From: a bacterium
GTDB lineage: Bacteria; UBA8248
DNA: 64,000 bases
Reading direction: 5' to 3'
NCBI GenBank assembly: GCA_965261085.1
Contig: OZ253442.1
Span: 2,368,001-2,432,000, forward strand
A program made the translations under genes and the position numbers. Below the pieces are notes generated by a model. The model was not told where the DNA came from. It saw only the letters and a list, made by a program, of their open reading frames with translations, and ran no database searches. Shown here one piece after another: positions 30,600 through 40,219 of the stretch (within the stretch, counting starts at the first letter, position 1; every line of letters starts with the position of its first letter).

Positions 30600-30972
30600 C
30601 ACACGCGACCGTGTTCGGACGGCAGTTCACCCGGACGCGGGACTCCATGTAGTGCTTGGCCAAAGCAGCCACGGTGGGCTCGGGCTCAGGCGGCCACGGG
30701 AAGGGTTCCTCGCCCCGCTTGATGCGGTCGATGACCCCGGCCGCCGTTTTGCGCGACTGCTCGGCAGACGTCTCGCCGTGACGGCCGATGGAGATGCGCC
30801 TCGGCGCGCCGTCCGGCCCCCTCGTCTGGACGACGTATTCCTAGCGACCCGAGGCGTGGACCCTGACCCCGAATCCGGGCAGGTCGCGGTCCCAGAAGAC
30901 GGCGTCGCCTGAGGGGACCGACAGCGCGTAGACGGTCCCCTTGGTGAGTCTGTGTTTGTTCTCCCGGTTCAT
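30600..30972 (-). pseudogene. Integrase 5'-end (arm-binding domain) fragment with internal TAG
   Basis: MNRENKHRLTKGTV...AVFWDRDLPGFGVRVHASGR*EYVVQTRG...IDRIKRGEEP. Confidence 0.85.
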
Positions 30973-31087
30973 GGAGCCCACTTCGCATGTTCCGTAACCG
31001 CATCGCAACCGATCAGTATCGAATCAGGGGCCATTCTATGGTGTTTCTGTCGGGGTTGCAAGTGGAGGATATTTCCGAATTATCTTG

Positions 31088-31112
31088 TAACTATATGAAT
31101 AACATATGGTTA
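31088..31112. other. Candidate recombinase core site (10-bp inverted arms, 5-bp spacer)
   Basis: TAACTATATG-AATAA-CATATGGTTA; left arm identical to 26063-26072 upstream of integrase 1. Confidence 0.4.
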
Positions 31113-31129
31113 TCAATAATACGTCATGG

Positions 31130-31309
31130 CATTCCTACGCCAGCCGGGTGCTGGCTCTGGGCGAGGGACTGCCCATGATTGGGCGCCTGCTGGGCCACAG
31201 ACAGATCGAAACGACGGCGCGCTACGCGCATCTGGCGCGGGGTTCGGCGCAGGAGGCCGCGGAGAGGGTCGCCGCGAGCATCGCGGAGGACATCTTGGAC
31301 AAGGGCTGA
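31130..31309 (+). pseudogene. Integrase 3'-end fragment
   Basis: [39 protein letters not shown]...EDILDKG*. Confidence 0.9.
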
Positions 31310-31789
31310 AGGTTGGCTTGTTAAGGACGGTCATGAGAACCGCCTCCGCTTCCGATACGTTGCGAAATGCACGGATCACGCCGTCCGGCACGACCATCCC
31401 GTCGAAGGTCTCGAGAATTACCGAGTAAACACCGTCATCTCCCCAGTAGATTTTCCACCGTCCCGTGAGGGTTACGAATGTCTCCTCCGATCCGTGGCTG
31501 TGCAGGGCAGCACCGATCCCGGGTAGGCCTTCACGAAGTCGATGTGGTAATTCACCGCTTGTTCGACGGCAGTGCCTGCAAGCTGCTCTTCATCCGCCCT
31601 ACCTCCGAGCGCGCTATAGAGGGTTCTGACGCGCCCGGGCAGGGAGCAATCGAGGAAAGCGTGGCAAGAGGGAACCAGTTCGGCGAATCGCCAGACTCGG
31701 TTTTTCATCTCCGCCTGAGTAACCTGCTTCGACTTTCCGAACCAAGCTCCGATCTCCCTGTCGAATCTAGCATCACGTTCGTTTCTCAT
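31310..31789 (-). pseudogene. Cupin-domain protein, frameshifted near 31520 and 3'-truncated
   Basis: ...DFVKAYPG / IGAALHSHGSEETFVTLTGRW...VPDGVIRAFRN across a frame change. Confidence 0.65.
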
Positions 31790-31996
31790 CAGGTTGCTCC
31801 TTGCTCAATCGATTGCGAAATGGCAGGGTGCGAGGCGATATGGCCCCAAAGTTTAGTACAGGGCAAGATCAGTAAGGAATATCCGAACAACACCGGTTTC
31901 TGCGGATGCGTACATGGGCGCAAATCCCGCTATACCTGACCGCGCGGGTGAGCGGCGGGGGGATGTGCAACCGGACAGGTCTTCAGGGAGGCAGCC

Positions 31997-32791
31997 TTGG
32001 CGGGCTTCGATAAGGTTTCGATCGACACGCTGTTTCGCATCGACGGCGACAGCGCGCTGGTCACCGGGGCGGGCGGCGGGCTGGGACGAATCGCCGCGAT
32101 CGCGCTTGCCGGCGCGGGGGCGCATGTCGCGGTCACCGATATCGATGCGGAGGCGGCCGACCGGGTCACGGCGGAGATCCGGGAGGCCGGCGGGATCGCC
32201 GAGTCCTGGCGGCTCGACGTTGCCGACCGCAAGCGCATCGACACCGTGATCGACGAGGCGGCTGAGCAGTTCGGCGGACTTCACATCCTGATCAACAATG
32301 CCGGCATCGCGCGGCCCGGACCGGCCGAGTGGTTTCCCGACGAGGACTGGGACGAGGTGGTCGAGGTCAACATGACCGCCCCGTTCGTCTGCGCGCGCCG
32401 GGCGGCGAAGTACATGCTGGTCCAGGGGGAGGGGCGGATCGTCTCGATCGCCTCGATCATGGGGTTTAGGGCGAACGCGATGGTTCCCCACATCCCCTAT
32501 CAGGCGACCAAGGGGGCGATCGTCAACATGACCCGCTCGCTCGCCGTCGAATGGGCGGGCCGGGGCATCCGGGTGAACGCCATCGCGCCGACCTTCTTCT
32601 ACACCAATCTCGGCGCCGATCTGCGTCAGCGCCGGCCCGAGATCGTGCCCGAGATCAAGGCGCGCACGCCGCTCGGCCGGCTCGGCGAGCCCGAGGAAAT
32701 CGCCGGCGGCATCCTCTACCTCGCGAGCCCCGCCTCCTCGATGGTGACTGGCCACACGCTGGCGATCGACGGCGGCTGGCTCTCGATCTAG
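31997..32791 (+). CDS. Short-chain dehydrogenase/reductase
   Basis: TGAGGGLG, NNAG, YQATK, IDGG. Confidence 0.93.
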   Translation: MAGFDKVSIDTLFRIDGDSALVTGAGGGLGRIAAIALAGAGAHVAVTDIDAEAADRVTAEIREAGGIAESWRLDVADRKRIDTVIDEAAEQFGGLHILINNAGIARPGPAEWFPDEDWDEVVEVNMTAPFVCARRAAKYMLVQGEGRIVSIASIMGFRANAMVPHIPYQATKGAIVNMTRSLAVEWAGRGIRVNAIAPTFFYTNLGADLRQRRPEIVPEIKARTPLGRLGEPEEIAGGILYLASPASSMVTGHTLAIDGGWLSI

Positions 32792-33410
32792 TGTCCTGAT
32801 TCAGAAGATTTTATTCAACTTTCTCCTGGACGCTGAGCGTCCTTTGGCAGAAGCGTTCGATGGCGGCCACGAGGTCGGCGGTGGAGCGGTGTGCGCCACG
32901 CTTGATCTACCGCTCAGTGAGCAGCGCGAAGAAGCGCTCGACCTGGTTGAGCCATGAGGAGGATGTAGGCGTGAAGTGGCTGTGTCATCGCGGCCGCTTG
33001 GCGAACCAGTCATGGATCAGCCTGGTTTTGTGGCTGGATACGTTGTCCATGACGACATGGATGTCGAGGTCAGTCGGCACGTTGCGCTCCACCTCGTCGA
33101 GGAAGGCGCGGAACTCGTGCGCCCGATGCCGCCTCATGCAACTGCAGATGACCGCACCCGGCGCCACGTCGAGCGCGGCTAACAGCGTGGTCGTGCCGTG
33201 GCGCTTGTAGTCGTGGGTGCGCCGCTCCGCCTGTCCAGGCCACATGGGCAGCATCGGCTGGCTGCGGTCGAGCGCCTGGATCTGGCTCTTTTCGTCGACA
33301 CACAGCACCAGCGTGCGGTCCGGAGGGTCAGATAGAAGCCCATGATGTCGCTCACCTTGTCTATGAACAGCGGATCGCTCGACAGCTTGAAGGTCTCCGA
33401 GCGGTGCGGC
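32790..33410 (-). mobile_element. IS630-family transposase remnant (3' part, frameshifted)
   Basis: TFKLSSDP, CVDEKSQIQAL, THDYKRHGTT, VMDN, HFTPTSSSWLNQVE; ends GGACAC-TAG at the SDR stop codon. Confidence 0.85.
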
Positions 33411-33686
33411 CCTCGCCGCGCGCGAGGTGCGGCTCACCGATTCGTAGACCGGTGCGCGGAGCGTGTCGCTCTCGCCCGAGGCGGAGGAGGTGCCGGCGAA
33501 CGTCCCCTGGGTTGCGGGCAATCCATGGGTCATTTCGGGCAAGGTCGGGAGAGAGCATATGCGAAACCTGAACGACCCCTGGGGGATCGTCCGGGAGCGC
33601 GCGGGACTCGATGACGTGCGGCTCCACGATTTGCGTCATTCCTTCGCCTCTCGCGCCTTGGCGCTGGGAGAGAGTCTGCCCATGAT

Positions 33687-35219
33687 GGGGCTGTTGAAAA
33701 AGTTCTGGTTTTGTGATCGGATGCAGGTATACCCACTCGCCCGAGAGGGGAAGTCTCCGAGATGTTGGGACACAAGAATCGCGAGCAACTGGACTTATTC
33801 GTGGCGGGTTCTCTGGAGCAGTTGATCCCGAAGGATCACGTCCTGGTCCGCGTGGACCGCGTTCTGGACCTGGCTGGCTGCGCGAGGAAGTGGCGGATTG
33901 CTATTGCGCGGAGGACGGTCGTCCTGGGATCGACCCGGAAGTAGCGGTACGGCTGATGCTGGCGGGTCTTCTTCTGGGCTTCGTCCATGATCGCCGGCTG
34001 ATGCGCGAGGCGCAGGTGAACCTCGCGATTCGGTGGTTCATCGGGTATGGGCTGCACGAGCGTCTGCCGGATCATTCGAGTCTGACGCGTATCCGTCAGC
34101 GCTGGGGGGAGAAGCGATTCCGGGAGATATTCCGTCGGACGGTTCGTGCGTGCCTGGACGCGAAGGTGGCGAAGGGGGAAGTGGTGCACGTGGATGCCTC
34201 TCTGATCCGTGCGGACGTGAGTTGGGAGAGCCTGGTGGAGCGTCACGTGGACGAGGTGATGGCGGAGAACGCCGTGGAGGAGAAAGATGAAGGCGGGGGC
34301 GGAGGGGGCCTGGGCGGCAAGGGCAAGCCTGCGAAGGTGAGCCGCACGGACCCGGACGCGAGCATGGCGACCCTGGCGAGCAACCGGCGGCACGAGCCTT
34401 GTTACAAGCAGCACGCAGCGGTGGACGATGCGAGAGGGGTTGTGCTCGACGTATCGGTGACGACGGGCGCGGTGAGCGAGCGGAAGATGGTCGAGGCCCA
34501 GGTGGATTCGGTTTGTGAGATTACAGGGCGCGGGATTGCGACGGTGCCGGGGGATGCGGGTTACGCCTACGCCGGGGTCTATGGCGGTCTCGAGCGCCGC
34601 GGGGTCGAAGCGGTGATACCGGTGAGGAGAGACCCGCCGAGGAGCCGGGTTCCGTTGCGCCGGTTCCGCTACGACGCGCGCAACGATGTTGTGAAGTGCC
34701 CACGGGGAAAGACCTTGCGTCGCGTGCGCAAGAGCGGGCGCAAACGCTTTTTCCATTCGAGAACCCGTGACTGCGCGCGCTGTCCGCTGCGCAGCGCGTG
34801 CCTGCCGCCCTCGGGCACGAAGAAGGAGGTTGTGATTCCGCATGATTATCCGGCGCTGCTCCGGGCCCGTCGCCGGCACGCGCGATGGAGCGAGGAAGAG
34901 CGGCGAATGTACCAGCGTCACCGCTGGCGCTCGGAGGGCTTCCACGGCGAGGCGAAGACCTGGCGCGGGCTGGGACGCGCAGTGCGGCGCGGTCTGGACA
35001 ACGTGAAGATACAGTCCTACCTGACGGCGGCTGCGATCAACCTCAAGCGGCTCGCCGCCGCTGTAGTTGTCCGATTATGCGTCCCCTGGATGGCCTGCGT
35101 CGCTTGGAATCGCTGTCTGAAGGCCCATGATGCCCACAAACGGCAAAACGGCCTCGGGGTGACCCAAGCCGCCTGAACCTGAAACGAACCGTTCCGAAAC
35201 CCAGTTCTTCAACAGCCCC
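33687..35219 (+). mobile_element. IS1182-family insertion sequence
   Basis: TIRs GGGGCTGTTGAA / TTCAACAGCCCC; flanks ATGAT / ATGAC resemble a target duplication; interrupts an integrase frame. Confidence 0.88.
33762..35176 (+). pseudogene. IS1182-family transposase with a frameshift near 33870
   Basis: MLGHK...LIPKDHVLVRVD in one frame; GRPGIDP, PDHSSL, VDAS, DAGY, CPRG, EGFHGEAK in another. Confidence 0.8.
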
Positions 35220-35346
35220 ATGACAGGAAAACTGCTCGGTCACGCCCAGGTCGAGACCACGGCGCGCTACGCGCATCTCGCGCGCGATTCGGTGCATGAG
35301 ACCGCGGAACGGGTCGCCGCGAGCATCGCCGCCGACATCCTGGGCG

Positions 35347-35463
35347 AGGAGCCGGCCGGCGCGGATGGGACGAAACCCCCGAACGGGGGAGAGCGTCACC
35401 ATCGCCGCCTCGAAGACGCCGTCCTTCAAGGCCGGCAAGGCCCTGCGGGACGCGGTGCGCTAG
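35347..35463 (+). pseudogene. C-terminal half of an HU-family gene
   Basis: Manual translation [38 protein letters not shown]. Confidence 0.8.
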
Positions 35464-35599
35464 CGTTCGGCCGGCCTCAGGCCTCGCCTGGGTCACGGCG
35501 CGGCCCGTCCGGCGATGTCGATGCGTTTGCCCCAGGGTTCGCGGTTCCAGTCCTCTGGCAACTTGCCGTAGTTACGCCAGCAAACCGGGTAACCTAGCT

Positions 35600-36110
35600 A
35601 GGTCTCGGGGTAGCTCGAACACAGCATGTCGGTGAGGCAGCCGCCGGGGCGGATGTCCTACTCTTCCAGTCATGCGAAGCCCGGCCGGAAGTCGGTCCCT
35701 CCCCTGCCCTTGAATGCGGTCTCATCGGGAAGGTCGGCAGCGGCGTATTCGGCTGCGTCATGGAATGTGTCATCGACCTGGAGGACGATGACGTACTCCG
35801 GCTGAAGCTCGGTCGCAATCTCCAGCACTTCGGCCCAGAAGTCCGCCAGCATCCCGGCCGACAAAGAGCCAGAGGTGTCGATGATGACTGCGATCGTATC
35901 GATGCCCACTGAACGGATCGACGACAGATAGAGGCCGCTGTCGATGAAGCGCCGGTTGGGCAGGCTCCAGCTGTAGTCGCGCTTGCGGCGTCAGTTATCT
36001 AGCTACGGAGAAATGTCGCCAGTTGACGGTGCCTGCATGCGCGCCATGGACGGTCTCCTCGGCTGTGCCCGGCATCCTGCGCTGGGCTTTCGCGAGTCTG
36101 TCCGCTAGGG
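35600..36110 (-). pseudogene. VWA-like (DUF2201-type) protein remnant
   Basis: DYSWSLPNRRF, IDTSGS MIDAS motif, GRGGTDFRP; stops and frameshifts. Confidence 0.7.
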
Positions 36111-36544
36111 TGCATGGCCTCGTCTCAGGCCTGTTCTTCGGCAGCGATTGCCGAGAGCAGTGCACATGCAGCGGCAAATCAAGCAGGAACAGCGCCTTGG
36201 AAGTCCTAGAGCATTCGCGATACACGCTCCATCTTGAGCATGGACAGCGAGGACGCGGGCGAACACGCTGGTCGCGCATTTGCCGCTGACTTGCGCACCT
36301 GACCCGAACTCTAGCCCCTAACAACAGCTAATTTTTATAAGGTTACGCTATTCGGTGCCGGATGCAGCCGCTGAACAGAAGCCTACACTTTAGAATCAAG
36401 GCGAAGCTAGTATCTCGACTATGCGGGAAGCAAGGGTAGTCATCGAGGTCAAGCATGGTTCGTTTTTGGATGTTGAGCGAGCCGGTGTAACAGGATGGAA
36501 TGGGAAAGTAGGTTCAGGATAGCCTGCGAGAGAATGGCAAAAGA

Positions 36545-37468
36545 TCATTGGGCGCTAACGGGACCGATGACCAACGAGGCGTAGTCAGACTCATAGAGCT
36601 TCTGATGTTCGCTGACTGCCAGACGTTGGAGACAATGTATTCGCCAATAGTCCTGCCAGTCTTGGGAATGGTATTCGTGATATTCCACCACTAATCCGAT
36701 TTGAGGATCCCGAGCATCCTCCCATGAAATCATTTGGGCGTGTGACAACCACCGTTGCGTATCAAGCAGTTCGCTCACAGTCTTTGTCCAGTTTCCTCCA
36801 TTACGGAACATCCCATGTTTCAGTAATTTTTCGGCGGCTTGGCGGGCTCGCTTAATTGCCACTTCACACAATTTAAGGGTGGCGGGATCAAGTTTACCCA
36901 GCATGGTCTGAGCCGCAATATTATTGGGATCGGCCCTGAGCGTCTCGTCATGTTCTTTATACGCATCAAGGTAGTTCTGTACTGATTGCCATCTGCCAAA
37001 GAGAGGTATTTGCGGATCGATTGGTCCGAGTTCCGACATGTCGCTCATCACGACGCTGTCAGCTCCGAGGACCATGAGTGTCCCAGCACTCTTAGCGAAT
37101 TCCGGAACGACGATGCGGAGCTTGGCCGCACCGACAAGGCTCCTCAGCATTCCCATCAGCTTCTCAGCGGCATCGATGCTGCCCCCTTTGGTGTGAAGCA
37201 GCAAATCGACGTTATGGTTCGGTGGTACATTGTGAAGAAGATCGACGAATGGCATGATGTCGTCGTCATCAATGACACACTCGTTCCCGGATACGTAGCA
37301 GATTAATATATGCCCGGTGCGGTCTTGAATCTGTTTGATCACTGCCTGACGATGGTAGCGATCAGCGGTATTTGCTTGGTATAGTGGCGTCTTGGTGGGC
37401 GGTTTCGGACCATTTTTAGGGTCAGGTGGAAGATCAGCGCCGTTGTCTGATGAAGACTGTTCTGTCAT
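36545..37468 (-). CDS. SDH/S49 (ClpP/SppA-fold) serine protease
   Basis: LLLHTKGG, AKSAGT (Ser nucleophile), SELGPIDPQ, SHAQMI; AGGAG SD before ATG 37468. Confidence 0.85.
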   Translation of the reverse strand: MTEQSSSDNGADLPPDPKNGPKPPTKTPLYQANTADRYHRQAVIKQIQDRTGHILICYVSGNECVIDDDDIMPFVDLLHNVPPNHNVDLLLHTKGGSIDAAEKLMGMLRSLVGAAKLRIVVPEFAKSAGTLMVLGADSVVMSDMSELGPIDPQIPLFGRWQSVQNYLDAYKEHDETLRADPNNIAAQTMLGKLDPATLKLCEVAIKRARQAAEKLLKHGMFRNGGNWTKTVSELLDTQRWLSHAQMISWEDARDPQIGLVVEYHEYHSQDWQDYWRIHCLQRLAVSEHQKLYESDYASLVIGPVSAQ

Positions 37469-37472
37469 TTGG

Positions 37473-37823
37473 TCACTCCTTACTTGTATTGACCGCCCAG
37501 ATGGTCTTGCCCGCGCGTATAGTGAAGTGACAGCGCCGCTCCGGGGTGACGCTATCAATGCTGGGGCGGATCGACAGGGGAATTCTTGACTCGATCTTCC
37601 AGACTGGGCGTCGAGTTTTGTCCAGATTCACCATGAGTCGATGCCTCGTTCGGCATGGGCAATCCATCACGGCCCATGTCGCGTTCTTTGGCGGACCAAC
37701 GAGGACAATGCCGCGGTGGGGTAGCCGGTCAGACACCTCATCGCCGGCGAGGACTTGGCCGACAATCCGCCAATTGTGCCACGGCAGTGGCAGCGATTGC
37801 CACCAGGCAATCAGGCTCTTCAT
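37473..37823 (-). CDS. DUF6527 family protein
   Basis: WAVMDCPCRT, LMVNL, W...SIRPSI, CHFTIRAG..W; ATGA overlap with the E1 gene. Confidence 0.8.
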   Translation of the reverse strand: MKSLIAWWQSLPLPWHNWRIVGQVLAGDEVSDRLPHRGIVLVGPPKNATWAVMDCPCRTRHRLMVNLDKTRRPVWKIESRIPLSIRPSIDSVTPERRCHFTIRAGKTIWAVNTSKE

Positions 37824-39202
37824 CCCTGCCATGTCTGTTCGAGGTAAGGTTCGGTTACGCCAAGCCCAAGCTTGTGCGCCCCGGGATGGCAATAGTGACG
37901 CTCGCGAGGGTCTTGGTCGTTAGTGGACATCTCACGCTCATGGGATCTGAGCAGTATTTCTGTAGGCGCGGGCTCAGGGCCGTAGTGAATGAGTCGCTCG
38001 AGCAATTCGCTCACGGAAGTTGACGCGACCTGTGTCGTAAACGTTACGACTGCAGGTTGGGCGTCCAACAGCGCGGGTGCGTAGCCTTCTTGGACGAGCT
38101 GACTGTATTCACCCGACGCGAGCATTTCGGCGGCGGCTCGTTGTAGGTCAATGCGATCGCGGCAGACTAAACAGGCAGCACCAGGAGCGAGTACCGTCAC
38201 GCGACCGTCGATGCCAGTCAGTTGTCCGCTTGGGCCACTGCTCAGTAGCACACCACAGTCAATAACGGGCGTTAGCAGGTACGAAGCGACGCGGGACAAC
38301 ACGAGCCGGCCAGCGTTGTCATCTGTGCAGCCAAAGATGACATCAGCATCGAGCAGCTGCCTGGCCGCGGATTCCAGCGTTATTTTGGCTTGCGTGGTCA
38401 CAACTTCGGCATCGGGTGCAATCTGCAACACGTGAGCCGCAATCACATCCACTTTTGGTTTGCCAACCCGATTGAGGTAGGACCCGTATACGCGCGTGAC
38501 GTTGCCTGCTATCAACGTATCTGGATCAAAGAGGTGGAGATGACGTACGCCCAATCGCACGAGCTGCTCGATAACTGCCGACCCGGTACCACCGCAGCCG
38601 ACGACGGCGATGTTTAGGTTGCCGAGCACTTGTTGGATTTCGCCGCCAAATGCGCGAATGTTGCGATCAAATTGGTCGGAGGGTGGCACTATGTCGTGTA
38701 ACCAGTTCTGAATGAGCGTGAAACGCCGCCCGGTAACCCACAAGCGATCGATATCGGTTCGCTTATTGTCGGATTCGATGTGGCCGGTGAATTGGAGGCG
38801 ATGCCCCGTCGGAGCGAGGACAATTGCTCCATATAGGGGGCTTCCTGCACGAAGTCGGAAGAGGTCAGCAAGCTGTTCGTCGACGATCTCGTCATGCTTG
38901 CTTGGTCTGGGCGATGACTCCTTGCCAGGATGCGTGTGCAGCCAGATGGGAACAGACTGATCGGCCTCCGCCGCAGCGAGTGCGGGCACGTAACCGTGGG
39001 AAGCAATGCTGAGCCCCGTGGCATCGCGCCGAAGGTAGGCGTCATCCGGGACCCAATGCACCGCACGGGCGAGCAAGCGGACGTTTCCGCACGGCGTCTC
39101 TACTAGTCGTGCCAGCAGAACACAGGCTGTCTCGATGTCAATGGCGGTTGCCTCAAGGAGTTCATCTGCGATCTGAGTTGACAACACGAGGGTGACGGTC
39201 AT
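37820..39202 (-). CDS. JAB/MPN-like peptidase fused to a ThiF/E1 ubiquitin-activating domain
   Basis: N-terminal E...HTHP...PSKHD; C-terminal VGCGGTGS, DPD..NVTR, GCTD, ACLVC. Confidence 0.88.
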   Translation of the reverse strand: MTVTLVLSTQIADELLEATAIDIETACVLLARLVETPCGNVRLLARAVHWVPDDAYLRRDATGLSIASHGYVPALAAAEADQSVPIWLHTHPGKESSPRPSKHDEIVDEQLADLFRLRAGSPLYGAIVLAPTGHRLQFTGHIESDNKRTDIDRLWVTGRRFTLIQNWLHDIVPPSDQFDRNIRAFGGEIQQVLGNLNIAVVGCGGTGSAVIEQLVRLGVRHLHLFDPDTLIAGNVTRVYGSYLNRVGKPKVDVIAAHVLQIAPDAEVVTTQAKITLESAARQLLDADVIFGCTDDNAGRLVLSRVASYLLTPVIDCGVLLSSGPSGQLTGIDGRVTVLAPGAACLVCRDRIDLQRAAAEMLASGEYSQLVQEGYAPALLDAQPAVVTFTTQVASTSVSELLERLIHYGPEPAPTEILLRSHEREMSTNDQDPRERHYCHPGAHKLGLGVTEPYLEQTWQG

Positions 39203-39591
39203 CGGTGTATTTCCGGCACACTACGTACGAGGTCTTGCCGTATCAGGGCGAGAAAGCTCTCAAGACCATCGATTCCAGATTCCCATTGTCCGTTGTTGAA
39301 GTGTCTCGACCAGCGTTGCCAGCTGCGGCCGAGATACGATTCCACGACATTGGTGGCGGGCAACACTTGGCCATTCTTCAGGTTAACGTGGGGCGAGAAC
39401 CACCACATGTCGGGGGGAACATCTGGATAACCAGGACTGAGGCGTATCAGAAGATCTGATACATTTCGATCAAACCCTCTCGGGAGTGGCCACTGGAGCA
39501 TCACGACGCATGTCATGCCCGACTCAGAGGCGATCTGGTGGGCCAGACCCCGTTCGTTCAGGTAGTTCACGTCCGATTGTGGAAGAGCCAT
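39199..39591 (-). CDS. Prokaryotic E2/UBC-like protein (family E type)
   Basis: LPRGF, LLIRLSPGYPDVPPDMWW, WQRWSRH; ATGA overlap with JAB-E1. Confidence 0.85.
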   Translation of the reverse strand: MALPQSDVNYLNERGLAHQIASESGMTCVVMLQWPLPRGFDRNVSDLLIRLSPGYPDVPPDMWWFSPHVNLKNGQVLPATNVVESYLGRSWQRWSRHFNNGQWESGIDGLESFLALIRQDLVRSVPEIHR

Positions 39592-39896
39592 GGAAGATGT
39601 CCAGAAGTTCGGCGGCCAGGACGGTATGCGCCAGGATTGATGGTGTTGGGTGCGGTAAAAAAGCGCAAGCCGTCATGAACCTCGACCGTGTCGTCGTCCT
39701 TGATCTTGCGGTCAGGGTGGCCGGGAATGACTTGGAAGAGATCGCGCTCGGGCGGGATCGGATTCGGCGGGAGAAAACGAAGCTGAGCCCCGGTGATCTT
39801 CTCATCCGGCCAATCGTACTGGGTTCGATCAATCCGGATGGTAAATACCTTGTGCCCCGGTTTGTCCTTGTCGGGAATTGGATTCTCTGTGGCCAT
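39567..39896 (-). CDS. Ubiquitin-like (multiubiquitin-family) protein with C-terminal extension
   Basis: FTIRID...ITGAQL...DLF...D..I..DDTVEV.DG.RFFT..NTINPG plus 20 aa; AAGGAGG SD. Confidence 0.8.
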   Translation of the reverse strand: MATENPIPDKDKPGHKVFTIRIDRTQYDWPDEKITGAQLRFLPPNPIPPERDLFQVIPGHPDRKIKDDDTVEVHDGLRFFTAPNTINPGAYRPGRRTSGHLPWLFHNRT

Positions 39897-39917
39897 GGTG
39901 TTCCTCCTTAGTTTCTT

Positions 39918-39999
39918 GATACCATGATACCATAATGCTATGACGCCACGCAACCCCTATTGTATGCCAGTTGACAACCGCGCGCTCAAATTGGAGAAT
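39918..39999. promoter_or_regulatory. Divergent promoters with 8-bp tandem operator-like repeats
   Basis: Minus strand TTGCGT-18-TATCAT (TG-extended); plus strand TTGACA-17-GAGAAT; repeats GATACCAT GATACCAT AATGCTAT GACGCCAC. Confidence 0.55.
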
Positions 40000-40006
40000 C
40001 GAGAAC

Positions 40007-40219
40007 ATGAAACCTGTCAAAGCAATGACAATTCGCTTGTCTGCCGATCAGTCAGAGCAGTTGGGCACGATCGCGGCCGTCGTCGGTCAACCGGTTTCGC
40101 ATGTGATTCGTTCGGCGATCGCAGAGCATATCGAGGAACGCAAACGTGACACCGCGTTTCAGGACATGCTCCGCGAGCGCATTGAGCGGGCACGGTTGAT
40201 GCTGCCGAACGACAAGTAG
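40007..40219 (+). CDS. Ribbon-helix-helix (CopG-like) regulator
   Basis: KAMTIRLS...PVSHVIRSAIAEHI; 70 aa; divergent from the Ubl operon. Confidence 0.8.
   Translation: MKPVKAMTIRLSADQSEQLGTIAAVVGQPVSHVIRSAIAEHIEERKRDTAFQDMLRERIERARLMLPNDK

Larger units (their letters stand above)
33412..35350 (+). pseudogene. Integrase C-terminal fragment split by IS1182 (33412-33686 and 35220-35350)
   Basis: TGARSVSLSPEA...HDLRHSFASRALALGESLPM | [22 protein letters not shown]...ADILG. Confidence 0.85.

Noticed and set aside
35600-35672. Selenocysteine read-through of the TGA in the VWA remnant
   Set aside because: Not a Cys-motif position, and further stops and frameshifts surround it
36300-36540. Possible nuclease remnant (VVIEVKHG) downstream of the protease
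   Set aside because: Too short and lacking an open frame to support a call
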